Below the pieces are notes generated by a model that was not told the DNA's origin, did not search any database, and saw nothing but the letters and a program-made list of their open reading frames with translations. The translations under genes and the position numbers were made by a program. From Perna viridis (taxonomy: Eukaryota), in NCBI GenBank assembly GCA_037379345.1, contig CM074511.1:52582862-52646861 (forward strand): a stretch of DNA of 64,000 bases, written 5' to 3'. Below, in pieces: positions 61,851-64,000 of the stretch (the first letter of the stretch is position 1; every line of letters starts with the position of its first letter).

Positions 61851-64000
61851 AACTATCTTGTTTTCAGTCATGAAATGACTATAAATTACAGAACCATTGC
61901 CTTTTAAATAGTTTTACCTACTTGTTGGTTGTATACGAAGTGTGAACATTCAGGTAGAATTTTAAATAATGATAAGATTGACAAACATTTTACTCCCTAA
62001 TCATCTTAACATGGTTCGCTTATCTGCAATAATAAAATAGGTAAGAATTTGTGAACAACTTTCATAATTTAAATAAAACTCTACAAATTTCCTTACCAAT
62101 AGCTTTATTTGTTTAAATAGCCCTTGTGTTGTGACAACAGCCTTATACCTTTATGTATCTAGAGAAATCGTATCTTATTAGGTTTAACCCCAGTACTACA
62201 TTAAACTTGAAATGAAATGAGAACAAAGAAGCTAAAAATACAAATACAAAATGATACCTCTTCGCATGCAATAATTGTAGACTTAATACTACATTATACT
62301 TTCTTTTCGTGATATATGTAATATTTATCTCCGTGGATTTGATTTTAATATTCTCAACTGAATCGGTTTCTTGAATAAGAAAGCCAACATTCAAAACATC
62401 AAATGCGCTTCCGATTAAATTTCATAAGTAGTGTCTAAATATCTGACTCAAACTTGTCCATGTTTTAAAAAATTTAAACGTTTCTTTTCAGTGGCGAATC
62501 TTAACATTTTGCATTGTTTCGGTACAATAGATTGCTTACTCGAAACAACTAACACGCTCATATACACTTATAAAATATAATAATCTATAAATGCATTTTC
62601 TTTTAATATAAGAAATGAGTTACATCGCAAAAAAAAATGTATTTTCTAACGCTGGCTTTCACAGAATAAGTGTGGCATAGTTTGACTTAATTTGTTGTGC
62701 TTAAATTATGTTTGCTTGGTTCAATGGAGACGTCCCCATGGACATAATTACATGTACAAAAAATTGTGTGCACATAACAAATATTATTTTGAATATTTTT
62801 CAATTTGTATCGGAATAATTGCAGACACACACGTCTCTAATTAAATTAGATTGACAAAGAGGATTACAATACTCCTGCTATTACTTCATTAAGTTGTTAT
62901 TGATAAATCTATTGCTCTCATTGTTACATAACGGACACAAATTTAGAGCTTATTTCCAGTGTAAACAGAAAGTAATAACTCTCGTTGTAGTAAAGCGTAT
63001 TGATTGTACTGAAACATTACAAAATAAAAGAGGCATTTTAATAGGAGGCATTTGCATGTAGTTGATATAAATGTTCAAAAACCCAAACGGTTTGTTTTAA
63101 AAACATATATAAGATGTGATTACATTGGAATGAAGTATGTGTTGACTGATCTGGGGATCGAAGACGGACATAAAACGTGATTAAAGTTCACCATCATATG
63201 GAGAGGTATTAAATTGATACAATGAGATCGATTGTCGCTATATTGGAGATGTACAACCTTTCCTAAAATACTGATAAAAGTTTAATTCAAATTCCACCGT
63301 TTTCATATACCAACGGCTAAGATTTTATTACATTCAGACTATGGCAACTGCATCGAATTCTTAATTTTAAAAATTCATACAATATGAGAAGCACATAGAA
63401 ACGTTAACTAATGTATGTACGCTGTAGTTTACTTATTCCGACAGTCACCAGTTCAAATTTATTATAAGAAACAAAATGCCCAGATTTGTAAAGTCTCTCC
63501 ATGTAAGATGTTATCAAAGACAAACTTATTTACTTTACACAGACTGTCAGACAAAAAGGAAAGATGCCATTAATATAACTATGCATATCGTCTTATCGAT
63601 GGTTAACAATATATTGAGGTACTTTATAAAACGTGTGAACAAGGAGACATAAGAACTTGTTAGACGTTGCTATTGTAAAGAAACTTGGGAAATGTCTCTT
63701 GTCGACCTTTTCTCAGTTCACACTGGACAAGAGAAGTAGTGTTAAGTCTATGCAAACACACTGAACAAACACATCTCTGGAGACCATCAACTCCCTATGA
63801 CTGTGCGATTCTATCCCACACAATGGAGACAAATATTGGACAATTAAAAACTATTTGAGTTGTTCAAGTACATCAAATATAAAGAATAATTTTACCGTTT
63901 GTGTATTGAACCTTTTAACTGGCATTAATCTTTCTCAAGACGACGTTCAAATAAAGGATGAAAAATTAGGACTCAGTAAAATCGTTAATTAACGTTCACT

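Overview
AT-rich, intron- and transposon-dense animal genomic DNA, not prokaryotic. The repeat families (Naiad-type Penelope RT, Helentron-associated HINE-like elements, Meta/Deu-like SINE body) suggest a bivalve such as an oyster; that assignment is inference. Two apparently intact genes have single coding exons on the + strand: a TMEM200/DUF2371-like two-pass membrane protein (45493-46968) and an ANKRD34/63-like ankyrin protein (60218-61675). A four-exon + strand gene (5720-~19352), seen only in fragments in the ORF track, can be assembled from canonical splice sites. It is broken by frameshifts and stops, and its layout suggests a divergent PD-(D/E)XK (restriction-endonuclease-like) protein. 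The last exons of an unidentified - strand gene lie at 2743-3957. Mobile DNA includes a TIR/TSD-bounded FLYWCH-MULE transposon carrying a SINE, a TSD-bounded Ingi/I-group LINE (APE-RT-RNase H), a Naiad-type Penelope RT relic, an RTE-X/L2-like 3' fragment, many MITEs and foldbacks, and two ~36-bp minisatellites. The best leads are a microsatellite-embedded repeat with an internal tRNA-like Pol III cassette (three copies), a headless and highly structured SINE-like element with a possible 5' pseudoknot, and the putative nuclease-fold pseudogene. Nothing here proves a new biological system.
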